64,000 nt of DNA from the human T2T-CHM13v2.0 reference genome, Homo sapiens: NCBI RefSeq assembly GCF_009914755.1, contig NC_060932.1; one strand, given 5' to 3'. A model generated the notes under the pieces. It ran no database searches. It saw nothing but the letters and a program-made list of their open reading frames with translations, and had not been told where the DNA came from. A program made the position numbers and the translations under genes. Below are positions 14,043 through 26,980 of this stretch, in pieces (the first letter of the stretch is position 1; each line of letters opens with the position of its first letter).

Positions 14043-14611
14043 AATGAGGATTCTTCCCTTCTTATTTTTGCCCTTGCTTATGTCTACCTCCTTCACTTGG
14101 CAGGATAATGCTATAATTAAAATTTCAGAGTCAGTAGCTTCTGGATATAACTTGACAAAGTGTGAGATTTGTCATGCCGAACCCAAATCTTTACATGACC
14201 TAAGAGATCCTTTAGTCCACCTAGTGAGTAACTTTAGCAACATCCCTAATGCAACTGTTGTTGAAATTGTACTGTGGTCCCTTTTATAGTGTCAGACCTC
14301 TAGACCCACTTGTTCTCATTCTTTGTTTTAATTTAACCCAGTCATGGAATACTATATAATAGTATTGCTACCGACTGGCTGAACAGGAAAGAAAAATATG
14401 TGCAGTTGCCAATGCTTCTTATTACACATGGAAAAATATGTTGGGTATTATGGTTGCAAAAAATTAATTAGCAGGCTACTTGGTTAAAATGGGTAGATTC
14501 CTCATATGGCTCATTCTTTGATGCATTTAATTTTAGTTGGTTTGGTTCATTGGGATCCTTGGTAAGGGGCATACTTCAAACACGTGGTATTGCTCTTCTA
14601 ATATTCATAAT
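14043..14611 (+). pseudogene. Retroviral env relic (signal peptide, SU N-terminus and TM, internally deleted)
   Basis: MRILPFLFLPLLMSTSFTW...NLTKCEICH (CxxC); at 14378 AEQERKICAVANASYYTW (decayed CX6CC); after a frameshift QKIN*QATWL...FSWFGSLGSLVRGILQTRGIALLIFIM. Confidence 0.75.
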
Positions 14612-17600
14612 GGCTGGTTCTATATTTTTGCAGTTGCGAATTGTGCTGCTATAAACGTGTGTGCAAGTGTCATTTTCATATAATGACTTCTTTCCCTCTG
14701 GGTAAATACCCAATAGTGAGATTACTGGATCAAACAGTACTTCTACTTTTAGTTCTTTAAGGAATATCCATATTGTTTTTCATAGTGGTTGTACTAGTTT
14801 ACATTCCTACCAGCAGCGTAAAGGTGCTCCCTTTTTACAACATACCTGCCAATATATATATTTTTTTATTTTTAAATTATAGCCATTCTTGCAGGAGTAA
14901 TGTGGTATCTCATTGTGGTTTTCATTTGTATTTCCCTGATAATTAGTGATGTTGAGCATTTTTTCATATGCTCGATGGCCATTTGTATATCTTCTATTGA
15001 GAATTGTCCATTCATGTCCTTAGTCCACTTTTTGATGGGATTATTTGTTTTTTTCTTGCTAATTTGTTTGATTTCCTTGTGGATTCTGGATATTAGTTCT
15101 TTGTTGGATGCATAGTTTGCAATAATTTTCTCCTACTCTGTGGATTGTCTGTTTACTCTGCTGATTGTTTCTTTTGCTGTGCAGAAGCTTTTTAGTTGAA
15201 TTAAGTCCCATCTATTTATCTGTGTTTTTGTTGCATTTACTTTTGGATTTTTGGTCATGAACTCTTTGCCTAAGCCAATGTCTAAAAGAGTTTTTTTGAT
15301 GTTATCCTCTATTATTTTTATGGTTTCAGGTCTTAGATTTAAGCCTTTGATTCATCTTGAGTTGATTTTTGTATAAAGTGAGAGATTAGGATCCAGATTC
15401 ATTCTTCTACATGTGGCTTGCCAATTATCTCCACAGCATTTGTTGAATAGGGTGTCTTTTCCCCATTTTATGTTTTTATGTTTTGTTTGCTTTGTTGAAG
15501 ATCAGTCATCAGCTTCTCATGTGAGGTTGCATTTTGAATGACTCTTGTTATGACACTGAATGTTTCAGTGAACCATCTGAATGGCTCACATATCAAAAAC
15601 ATTTCATCTTTTTGTTTGCTTTGTTGAAGATGAGTTGGCTCTAAGTATTTTGCTTTATTTCTGGGTTCTTTATTCTGGTCCTTTGGTCTACATGCCTATT
15701 TTTATACCAGTACCATGCTGTTTTGGTAAATAAAGCCTTGTAGTATAGTTTGATGTCAGATAATGTGATGCCTCCATATTTGTTCTTTTTGCTTAGTCTT
15801 GCTATGGCTATGTGGTCTCTTTTTTGTTGTTGTTTCATGTGAATTTTAGGATTGGTTTTTCTAGTTCTGTGAAAAATGTTGATGGTCTTTTGATGGAAAT
15901 TGCATTGAATTTGTAGATTGCTTTTGGCAGCATGGTCATTTTCACAATGTTGATTCTACTCATACATGAGCATGGGATGTGTTTCCGTTTGTTTGTGTTG
16001 TCTATGATTTCTTTCAGCAGTGTTTTCCTTGTAGAAACCTTTCACCTCCTTGGTTAGGTATATTCCTAAGTATTTTTATATTTTTGCAGTTGTTGTAAAA
16101 GGAATTGAGTTTTTGATTTGATTATTTGATTCTCAGCTTGGTCATTATTGGTGTATAGCAGTGCTATTGATGTGTATACATTGATTTTGTATCCGGAAAC
16201 TACTGAATTCATTTATCAGATCTAGGAGCTTTTTGGATGAGTCTTTAGGGTTTTCTAGGTATACAATCATATCATCAGTGAACAGTGACAGCTTGACTTC
16301 CTCTTTACCAATTTGGATGCCCTTTATTTATCTTTTCTGGTTGCTCTGGCTAGGACTTCCGATAGTATGTTGAATAGAAGTGGTGAAAGTGGGCATCCTT
16401 CTTTTGTTCCAGATCTCAAGGGGAATGCTTTCAACTTTTCTTCATTCAGTATAATGTTGGCTGTGAGTCTGTCATAGATAGCTTTTATTAACTTGTGGTA
16501 TGTCCCTTCTATGTCGCCTTTGCTGAGGGTTTTAATCATGAAGTGCTGGATTTTGTCAAATGTTTTTTCTTCAACTATTGAGACGATTGTATGAATTTAT
16601 TTTTAATTCTGTGTATCTGATGTATCACATTTATTGACTTGTGTATGTTAAATCATCTCTGCATCCCTGAAATGAAACCCACTTGATCATAGGGGATTAT
16701 CTTTTGATATGCTGTTGGATTCAGTAAGCTATTATTTTGTTTAGAATTTTTGCATCTATGTTCATCAGGGATATTGGTCTGTAGTTTCCCTTTTTTGTTA
16801 TGTCCTTTCCTGGCTTTGGCATTAGAATAATACTGGCTTCACAGAGTGATTTAAGGAGGATTCCCTCTTTCTCTATCTTTTAGAATAGTTTTAATAGTAT
16901 TGGTGCCAATTCTTCTTTGAATGCCTGAGAGCATTCAGTTGTGAATCTATCTGGTCTTGCATGTTTTTGTTGTTGACATTTTTTTTAAATTACTGTTTCA
17001 ACCTTGCTACTTTTTAATGGTCTATTCAGAGTTTCTATTTTTTCCTGATTTAATCTAGGAGGGTTGTATGTTTCCAGGCATTCATCCAAATCCTCTAGGT
17101 TTTCCAGTTTGTGTGAATGAAGGTGTTCACAGTAGCCTTGAATGATCTTTTGTATTTTTGTGGTATCTGTTATAATATCACCCATTTTATTTCTAACTGA
17201 GCTTATTTGGATCTTCTCTCTTCTTTTGTTGGTTAATCATCACTAATGGTCTAACAATTTTGCTTTTCTTTTCAAAGAACCAGCTTTTTATTTCACTTAT
17301 CATTTGTATTTTTTTTCAATTTCATTTAGTTCTTCAATCTTTTTTATTTCATTTCTTCTGCTTGGTTTAGGTTTGATTTGTTCTTGTTTCTACAGTTACT
17401 TAGATTTTCTCTTTTTGAACTCTTTGAGACTTTTTGATGTAGGCATTTAATGCTATGAACTTTCCTCTTAACACTGCTTTTGCTGTATCCCAGAGGTTTT
17501 GATAAGTTGTGTCACTATTATCATTCAGTTCAAGGAATTTTTAAATTTCTATCTTGATTTCATTGTCCACCCAGTGATCATTCAGGAGCAGATTATTTAA

Positions 17601-20092
17601 TTTCCATAGTATTCAGGGTTCCCTTGGGAGTTAATTTCCAATTTTATTCCACTATGGTCTGAGAGGGTAAAATTTTGATTTTGATTTTTCTTAAATGTAT
17701 TGAGACTCGCTTTGTAGCGTATCATATTTGTCTGTTTTGGAGAATGTTCCATATGCTAATGAAAAGAATGCATATTTTGCAGTTGTTGGGTAGAATGTCC
17801 TGTAAATATCTTTTAAGTCAATTTGTTCTAGAGTATAGCTGTTTATTTTTTTCTTTGTTGACTTTCTGTCTTGATGACATGTCTAGTGCTGTCAGTGTAG
17901 TATTGAAGTCCCCCACTATTATTGTGTTGCCATCTATCTCATTTCTTAGTTCTAGTAATAGTTGTTTTATAAATTTTGGAGCTCCCAGATATGGTGCATA
18001 TATAATGTCCTTCTTTGTCTTTTTTTTTAACTGTTGTTGCTTTAAAATCTGTTTTGTCTGATGTAAGAATAGCTACTCCTGCTTTCTTTTGGTTTCCATT
18101 TGCATGGAATATCTTTTTCCACCCTTTCACCTTAAGTTTATGTGAGTCATTATGCATTAGGTGAGTCTCTTGAAGACAGCAGACACTTGGTTGGTGGATT
18201 TTTTTTTTTAATCCATTCTGCCATTCTGTATTGTTTAAGTGGAGCATTTAGGCCATTTACATTCAATGTTAGTATTGAGATGCAAGGTGCTGTTTTATTC
18301 ATCATGCTAGTCATTGCCTGAATACATTGGGTTTTTTCATTGTGTTATCATTTTATAATCCCTGTGAGATTTATGCTTTAAGGAGATTTTATTTTCATAT
18401 ATTTCAAGGTTTTTATTTAAGATTTAGAACACTTTTTAGTATTTCTTGTAGTGCTGGCTTAGTAGTGGTGAATTCTCTCAGCATTTGTTTATCTGAACAA
18501 AACTTTATCTTTCCTTCATTTATGAAGCTTAGTTTTGCTGGATACAAAATTCTTGACTGGCAATTATTTTTAGGAGGCTAAAGATTGGACACCAATCCTT
18601 TCTGGCTTGTAGAATTTCTGGTGAGAAATCTGCTGTTAATCTGATAGATTTTCCTTTACAGGCTAACCGATGCTTTTGCCTCACAGCTCTTAAGATTCTT
18701 TCCTTTGTCTTGACTTTAGATAACCTGATGACTCTGTTCCTGGGTGATGATAATTTTGTGATGAATTTCCGAGGTGTTCTGTGAGCTTCCTTTTTTTGGA
18801 TGTCTAGATCTCTAGTGAGGCCAGGGAAGTTTTCCTTGATTATTTCTTCAAATATGTTTTCCTAACTTTGAGGTTTCTCTTCTTCTTTAGGAACACTAGT
18901 TATTCTTAGGTTTGGCTGTTTAACATAATCCCAGATTTCTTGGAGGCTTTGTTCATTTTTTCTGGTTCTTTTTCCTTTGTCTTTGTTTGATTGGGTTAAT
19001 TCAGAAGCCTTGTTTTCAAGCTCTGCAGTTCTTTCTTCTAGTCCATTGTTGAAACTTTCCAGCATGTTTTGTATTTAAGACATTCTTTCATTTCCAGAAT
19101 TTGTGATTGATTTTTCATTATGATATCTCTTTCTCTGTAGCATTTTTCATCTATATCCTACATTGTTTTGTTTTTTAATTTGTTTAAGTTGGTTCTCACT
19201 GGTATCTCCTTGAGTAGCTTAATAATCAACCTTCTGAATTCTTTATCTGGCAACTCAGAAATTTCTTTTTGGCTTAGATCCATTGCTGTGGAGCTACTGT
19301 AGTCCTTTGGAGATGTTATATAACCTTTTTTTTTTCATATTGCCAGAATTACTTTTCTGATTCCTTCTCATTTTGGTAGGCTATTTCAGTGAAAAAATCT
19401 GAATCTCAAGGGCTGCTGTTTATTCTTTTGTCCTATGAGGCGATCCCTTGATGTGATGCCCTCCCCCTTTCCCTAGAGATGGGGCTTCCTGCAAGCCAGA
19501 CTGCAGTGATTGTTATTGCTCTTCTGGGTCTCGCCACCCACAGGGGCTCCCAGGCTCTGGGATGGTGCTGGAGAATGTCTGCAACGAGTCCTATGATGTG
19601 ATCCATCTTCAGGTCCCACACCCATGAATACCAGCACCTGCTCTGTGGGAGATTTCAGGAGAGTGAAGTAGACTCAGTGAAAGTCATTGGTTGTAGATAA
19701 GTTTAGGGTGCTGGCTTTCTTGAACGCTGGTTATGGGAGCAGTGAAGTTGTCACATGGACAGACTCAGGACCACTGGTTAGCCAGGATGTTGCAGGCAAT
19801 GGAATTAGCTTTTGTTTTCTCCTTCCTTAGAGCAGGGTTGTTCTGTCATGAGATGCTGTAATTTCCTAGTTGGTAGACCTCCAGCTAGGAGGTGGCACTT
19901 TCAAGAGAGCACCAGAGTTTTTCACCTGTCTTGTGGAATTTGCAGTGGCCTGCCACTTCTTTCAAAGGATCTGTGATTTCTTTTAGCTTTCCTCATATGC
20001 TCCTGCAGTGGTTCCTGGAGAAAAAGTCCACAGTGTGTGTCTTCATGTTGTTATGTCTGTCCAAGTGGGAGCTGCATGTCAGCCCTCTCCAT
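14612..20092 (-). mobile_element. Near full-length L1PB with L1PBa-type 5' UTR, decayed ORF1/ORF2, 3' end missing
   Basis: ORF track gives ORF2 pieces ([59 protein letters not shown]) and ORF1 (EQSLQEIWDYVKQPNLRI); 5' end 'gtccaagtgggagctgca'. Confidence 0.93.
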
Positions 20093-21059
20093 TTTTTTTT
20101 TGAAAAAAATGAATCCATTGTTTTTTTACAAGTGAGGAAGAATAGCTATATAAAGGAGAACAGTGGTCATAACTACATCATTTAAAATATTTAAAATAGT
20201 TCAGTTTTTGACACAGAATTTCTTGATTTAGAAAACAAATCTGAATAATCTTTGGCTAGCTCAACTAGCAAAAACATCTTTAAACATTTGTATGGCTTGT
20301 AATATCAGTTACAGTTGAGATATGTGTGATGGATAAACAAGGCGAAAAATAGAAGAATCTTGCATAATAAAGCAGGTAACATGTTAGACAAAACTTAGTA
20401 AAAATGCCACCTTAGCCATCAAGCACAGATTATATGAATAACATCATACAGGGACTCCTCAAGATCACTACTGAGGTATAATTCTGAGATAGATATTTTA
20501 ACCTAGGTAACATATGGTCAGAAACAAAGAAAAAAAATTAATCAAAAAAAGATTCTAAAGGAATATTTTTAAGCCCTACAAAGTCTTTAAGTTGTCTTAA
20601 AAATGGCTGAAGGTTTTTTTTATTGTATAGCAGTTTAATATGACGTTTGTGGTAATTAACAGATATTGAAAAATCCTTCCCTTGGCAATCTGGATTTTTA
20701 AATGTCTTTTGAAGTTTCAAGCAGCTCACAATATGGCAAAGTCTAGGAATGAATGTTGCATAGATCTTTCCTTCTGGGTAGAGCATTAATTCTGAAAATG
20801 AAAGTTTAGGATATTCGGCTTATGTGAATTGGCAGAAAACTAATGTTCTCTGGGGAAATTTTAGAATATGGGCAATAATTGTAATTGTCATAGCTTAGGT
20901 TTTATACATATTGTGTTGTAAGCAATGACATTGCAAAGCTATTTAAAGCACTCTCAGTTGCTCAGGCTTTTGCTTCAGTTTTTCTTGCTATCCAGTTCTT
21001 ACATTTATTTGGGCCTTCTCTGAATGCTTTTCAATTTTGTTCCTTGATTTTTAAAAATA

Positions 21060-22200
21060 AAATGTTGTTTTAATAAAAGTATTACATACAAAAATATTTG
21101 AAAGAAATTAAATGTAAATAGTATTAAAATATATAAAAATGATATTTACTTTATCCCTTTGTCCTGATCCTTACAGACAAGTGTTTTTAACTCATTCAGC
21201 TGTTTTCTAAGTATTTTTCTGCATGATTTTAAACAATATGCATATATTTCATTTTCTACCCTTATTAATGAATATTTTCTATTACGGTTGTCAAGGCAAA
21301 ATAAGCAGGTGGGCATTAACCTGGAGTTTCTGAACCCAGAATTTGTGTGTAAGCATACCAGAATTAACTTGGAAATATTTCTTGTAACTGACTTAAAAAA
21401 TAAAACAACAACAAAATGAGATTCAGCAAATCTCAAACATCCAACAAGTCAACCAGTTGTGCAACCAGGGACCTCCCATCAGACTATACCATGTAAGACA
21501 AATACCTCATCACAGCATGCCCAAATAAGGCAGGCACCTAGCTGTAGCCAATTAGGTGATTCCTCTACTTTGTTTCACGTTTTCCTGCTCATGCTGCTGA
21601 GTGGTGCTCTCTGAACCTCTTCTGTTCCTGAGTGCTGACCTATCTAGGAATTGCTCTTGGCTCAAATAAAGTCAGTCAAATTTAATTTGTCTAATATTTT
21701 TCTTTTCACATGGTATGTAAGGATTTAACTCACAATTCCTCTTCTCCTTCCTGATCCTTCACATCCTCTCAGTATATCTCAATTTTAGTTAAAAGATTAC
21801 TCAATATTTTCACTATTTTGACTACATAAATATTGTTCATGCTGAACCAGGAAGAATGCTATGGCTTTTAAAAATTGTTGTGTATTTTCTCTGTAGTTTA
21901 CAGAAGCCCTCATGTTACTTGTTTGCTTTTCACTTAGTTTTCTTCGAACATCTAATTATTTTTTAATGTTTTCTAATAGTTCTTTAAATGCCTCTCAGTA
22001 TAATTTTTTTGACAGTCAAACATAAGAGATGAGTTATTAATTCCAAGTGTTTTTCCTGGAAACAGATTTTATGCTCTTATCTGAACAGGTTGCTCTCTAT
22101 GTCAGATAAACATGTCTTGTTTTTTCTGGGAATTGTTCAGTTTTATTTCAGGAATTGTCTTTATTTATATCTTTTGTTGATTATTTTTCCCTGAATCTCT
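21060..22200 (-). mobile_element. Highly decayed L1M (L1MC/ME-like) fragments flanking an LTR
   Basis: T-rich antisense L1-like text, e.g. 'cagacaagtgtttttaactcattcagctgtttt'. Confidence 0.4.
21289..21710 (+). mobile_element. ERV1 solo LTR (LTR54/MER57-related)
   Basis: TG...CA ends; 'cccaaataaggcagg...gctgtagccaat', 'ctcaaataaa...aaatttaatttgtctaa' shared with the LTR at 34637; TSD cggt/tggt. Confidence 0.75.
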
Positions 22201-22229
22201 TGTATATTATTTTAATTATGATTCAACTG

Positions 22230-22981
22230 TAAATGAAAGCAAAACTCCCCAGACACTAAATAATGAAAGTTTATTTCTTTTTATACAAAAATAATCATAT
22301 AAAAAGTAGATAGCTTGGGCTAGTACTGTAGTTTCACAAGTATCAGGCACCTAGGCTTCTATTTTGCTTCTCTGCCATACCTATCATATTGCCTCATGCG
22401 CCAAGAGAGTTGCTCAATCTCCATCCATCATGTCTTCATTCCAACCAATATTGAGAAGAAAGGGTGGAAAAAAGTAAATCTCATCTTTTAAAAATACTTT
22501 TCTTATATTTCTTTAGCCAAAATAGTTCCTTGGTTGTCTCAACTTGTGAGGAAGTTTATAAATAAGTTATTTTACTTGAACTGAAATATTTCCATCTAAA
22601 ATTTGAAATTATATTACTAAGTACAATGCCTATAATGGGTATTGAGAGTCAGCTACCACATCTGCCATAATCAGCTTCATTGGGAGAAAGAGGAAGGTAT
22701 CAAGAATGGGCAGAGGGAAAAGTCACACTGTGATATAGGCTGGATGACAGCCTAAACCAGTTCCATGGGAAGGTTGGAGCTAAAATAGCTCATCAGGGAT
22801 GTTGCACTTGGGGCCTAAGTAGATGGGCCTTTATATTCCTGTGTCTATCAATCACTAAGTGTGGATCCCTCTAGGAAACATATGATCTTGGGTGAAGCAA
22901 TTCTCTTTAACTAAGGCAATCTCTGAAAAGGCTGACAGTAGTCTCTGACAGCCCTTTATAAAGGGCAGCCAAAATGAAGGG
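22230..22981. mobile_element. Old ERVL LTR fragments (LTR33-like then LTR16-like), host of the MSTA provirus
   Basis: 'ccaagagagttgctcaatctccatccatcatgtcttcattcca' and 'gggcagagggaaaagtcacactgtgat...gggcctttatattcc'. Confidence 0.5.
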
Positions 22982-25412
22982 TGATATATTTTGCATCTGT
23001 ATCCAAATCCCATCCAAATCTCATGTTGAAATGTAACCACCAATGCTAGTGGGGATTGGTGGGAGCTGATTGGATCATGGGGGCAATTTCTCATGGCTTA
23101 GCACCATCCCCCTTGGTGCTGTCATGCCAACAGTGAGTTCTCACAAGATATGTTTTTTTTAAGTGTGTAGCACCTCCCTCTCTCTCTCTTCCTCCTGCTC
23201 TTGACCATGTGAAGTTCCAGCTACCCTTTTGCCTTCTTCCATGATTGTAAGTTTCCTGAGGCCTCTTCAGAAACTGAGGAGATGCTGCCATGCTATGAAC
23301 AGCCTGCAGAACCATGAGCAAATTAAATCTCTTTTCTTAATAAATTACCAAGTCTCAGTTATTTCTTTATAATACTGCAAGAATGAACTAATTCAGAAAA
23401 TTGGTACTGAGGATTGTGCCATTGCTATCAAGATACCTGAAAACATGAAAGCAGCTTTGGAGCTGGGTAACGGGCAGAGGTTGGAAGAGTATAGAGGGCT
23501 CAGAAGAAGACAGGAAGATGAGGGAAAGTTTGGAACTTCCTAGAGACATGTTAAATGGTTGTGTCAAAAATGCTGATAGTGATATGGACAATGAAGTCCA
23601 GGATGAGGAGGTCTCAGATGGAGATGAGGAACTTATTGGGAACTGGAGCAAAAGTAACTTTTGTTATGCAGAAGCAAAGAGAATGGCTGCATTGTGCCCC
23701 TGTGGAACTCTGAACTTGAGGGTGGTGATTTAGGGTATCTGGCAGAAGAAATTTCTAAGTAGCAAAGTGTTCAAGATGCAGCCTGCCTGCTTCTAACAAC
23801 CTATGCTCATAGGCATGAGCAAATAAATTATCTAAAACTGGAACTTACATTTAAAAGGAAAGCACAGTGTAAAAGTTTGGAAGATTTGCAGCCTGGCCAT
23901 GTGGTAGAAAAGAAAACCCCATTTTCAGGGGAGCACCTCTAGCCAGCTGCAAAAATCTGCACAACTGAAAGTAGGGCAAATGCTGATAGCCAAGACAATG
24001 GGGAAAAGACCTCCAAGACATTTCAGAGACCTTTGTGGCAGCCCCTCCCATCACAGGCCCAGAGGCCTTGGAGGGAAGAATGGTTTTGTGGGCTAGGCCC
24101 AGGGCCCTACTGCCCTGCACAGCGTTGAGACACTTCTCCCTGCATCCCAGCTGCTCCAGCTCCAGCTGTAGCTCCAACAGGCCCATGTATAGCTCAGGCC
24201 ACATCTTCAGAGGGTGCAAGCCATAAGCCTTGGTGGCTTCCACATAGTGTTAAGACTGTGGGTGTACAGAGGGCAAGACTTGAGGCTTGGAAGCCTCTGC
24301 CTAGATTTCAGAAGATGTATGGAAATGCCTGGATGTCCAGGCAGAAGTTTGCTGCAGGGGTGGAGCCCTCATGGAGACCTCTACTAGGGCAGTGCAGAGG
24401 GGAAATGTGGGGTTGAAGCCACTACATGGTGGCCCCACTGGGGCAGTGCCTAGTGGAGCTGTGAGAAGTGGGTCACCATCCTCCAGACCCCAGAATAGTA
24501 GATCCACCGGCAGCTTGCACCCTGAACCTGGAGGAGCTTTAGGCCCTCAACATCAGCCCATGAGAGCAGTTGTGGAGGCTGAACCCTGCAAAGTCACAGG
24601 GGCAGAGCTGCCCAAGCTTTGGGAACCCTCATCTTGCACCAGCATGCCATGGATGTAGGACATAGTGTCAAAAGAGATTAATTTGGAACTTTAAGGTTTA
24701 ATGACTGCATTTCTCAGTTTCAGACTTCCAATGGTGCCAATAGCCCCTTTCGTTTGGCTGAATTATCCCTTTTCTAATGAGAGTATTTACCCAATTCCTG
24801 TACCCCCATTGCATCTTGGGAGTAACTAACATGTTTTTGATTTTATAGGCTCATAGGTGAAAGGGACTTGCTTTGTCTCAGATGAGAATTTGGACTGTGG
24901 ACTTTTAATGCTGGAATGAGTTAAGTCTTTGGGAGACTTTTGGGAAGGCATGACTGTATTTTGAAATGTAAAAAGGACATGAGATTTGGGAGGGTCTGGG
25001 TGCATAATGATATGGTTTGGATCTGTGTCTCCACCCAAATCTCATGTTGAAATGTAATCCCCAATGCTGTAGGTGGAACCTCGTGGGAGGTGATTGGATC
25101 ATGGGGGTGGTTTCTCATGGTTTAACATCCCTTTTGGTGCTGTCATGTCATGGTAACAGTGAGTTCTTACGAGATGTTTCTTTAGTTGTTTAGCATCTCT
25201 CTCTTTTCTTCCTGTTTTTGGCCATGGGAAGTGCCAGATCCCCTTTCACCTTCTACCATAATTGTAAGTTTCCTGAGACCTCCTCAGAAACCAAGGAAAT
25301 GCTGCCATGCTTTCTATAAAGTCTGTGGCACTGTGAGCCAATTAGACCTCTTTTCTTTATAAATTACCCAGTCTCAGTTTTTTTTATAGCAGTACAAGAA
25401 TGGACTAATACA
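22982..25412 (+). mobile_element. Complete MSTA MaLR provirus (5' LTR 22982-23395, internal 23396-25007, 3' LTR 25008-25412)
   Basis: Two homologous LTRs; internal begins gaaaattggtac and encodes the MaLR ORF relic (MRESLELPRDMLNG...EELIGNWSK); exact TSD AAGGG at 22977-22981 and 25413-25417. Confidence 0.95.
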
Positions 25413-26980
25413 AAGGGGAATCTGGAGGGCTTAGCCTCATTCTTATTACTAACCACATGAGGCTAGTTTTTTCATAATATTTTATCTAACTAGTCTCCTT
25501 AGCTAAAGAAACATGGACAAGAGTGCTTGGGTGCAAATTTAAAACAAGACCATTGTGTGAATACAAAGTAATACTATTGAGGCCAATCACAGAGTATCCC
25601 TAAGGTCATTGATTATTGTAGAAAACATAATAAAAAATCTTAATCTCTATTTTTAAGTATATCTAAGAATCTATGCTTCCAATAGTACTACTTAGAAAGT
25701 ATTTCCTGCTCTGAAAACCAGAGCTTCCTCTTTGGGAGCCAGGAGACAAGTTTAATTCTAATTTTAGTGTATTCAGAATAAAAGGCCCATGTTCCTAACC
25801 TTGGCAAATTCCTTCTTGATATGCTGGCTATTCAGAGCACCTTCAACTCATCCATATTCCTGAATATACACAGCCATGCATAATAGTTTATGTGTAGCAT
25901 ATTTACCTGTTCTCCCATGGAGCCTGACTATGCACAAAACTCCTTCATATCATCTGAGGACATTTTTAGGGGACATCATCCTGATGTCTTCATCCTCTTT
26001 TTCAAGTAGGTTACACTAAATCTGTCTATTACTTCTATTTGCCCACTTTTTTATGTGTCATTGCCTACATTCTCCTATGATTTCTATTTCTTTCAAGATT
26101 AGAGGAAACATTAATTGGCTGAACAAAATAAACTATGAATATTTATAATTCCCAAATCCCTAACTTTCTCAGTTGTTTGGGTCCTAAGTAAGATTCTTTT
26201 GATTGTTCTGAGGATTTACAGATGAAAATGCAAATAAAGATGGTGAGTGAAGAATGAAGGTGCATTTAATGGTCACTTCTTTGTCTATCTAATTCTTTCT
26301 TCAGAAGAATTATTCTAATGACCCTTTCCAGTTTTGCAGGTGTAAAAGTACTGGGCACCCATTGTCCCATGGAAATGATATTACAGGATATTTATGGGCT
26401 TGGGAAAGTATGTGCTTGTGAATAATAGCTCTGGAAATGTGGCTCTGATTGCTAGGGCAGAAATAAACAAATGTGCATAAGGACAAAGGACACTTTTCCT
26501 TCAAAGTTTAAGCACTGCTCTGATAGATGGAGATGGTCTCACTCACCTTTAATAGCTGGAAAGGAAATCAAGGTCCCAAAAGAAAAGTCAACACTCAAGA
26601 GGGGGAAATTTAAGAGCCTAGTAACCTAGGCTCAATGCCTGGACTCAAGTGTTCATGGCAAGAGCTGCATTCAGTTCAATGTTCCACTGGTTGAACGGTC
26701 ACCTTGTGATCCAGAACATGGTTGCCACTGCAATCTGTTCAGAACTGAGACCAATTAGGGAATCACTGAAGCATAGGACTCTGCAGAACCAGTGTTCAAC
26801 TCCATCATTGTGGCAGAGATTGAAGCAAGGTAGGCAGAAAGCTGGGTTCTACTAAGAAACCATCTGATTTTTAATTTTTCTATGCCTAGTGTTGGAAAGC
26901 AGAACTGACCTTTTTGCAACAAGCCCTATTTGATTATAGAGGTACTGGATTAATTAATTTAAAAATAAAATACATGTGAC

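Noticed and set aside
14900-19065. Active LINE-1 ORF1/ORF2
   Set aside because: Broken into short pieces by stops and frameshifts, carries a foreign insertion and lacks the 3' end
21289-21710. This LTR as the missing 3' LTR of the 7636 provirus
   Set aside because: Different sequence family from the 5' LTR, and it has its own 4-bp TSD
23518-24658. Cluster of GC-rich ORFs as a novel gene
   Set aside because: They lie wholly within the MSTA internal region and are the usual decayed MaLR frames
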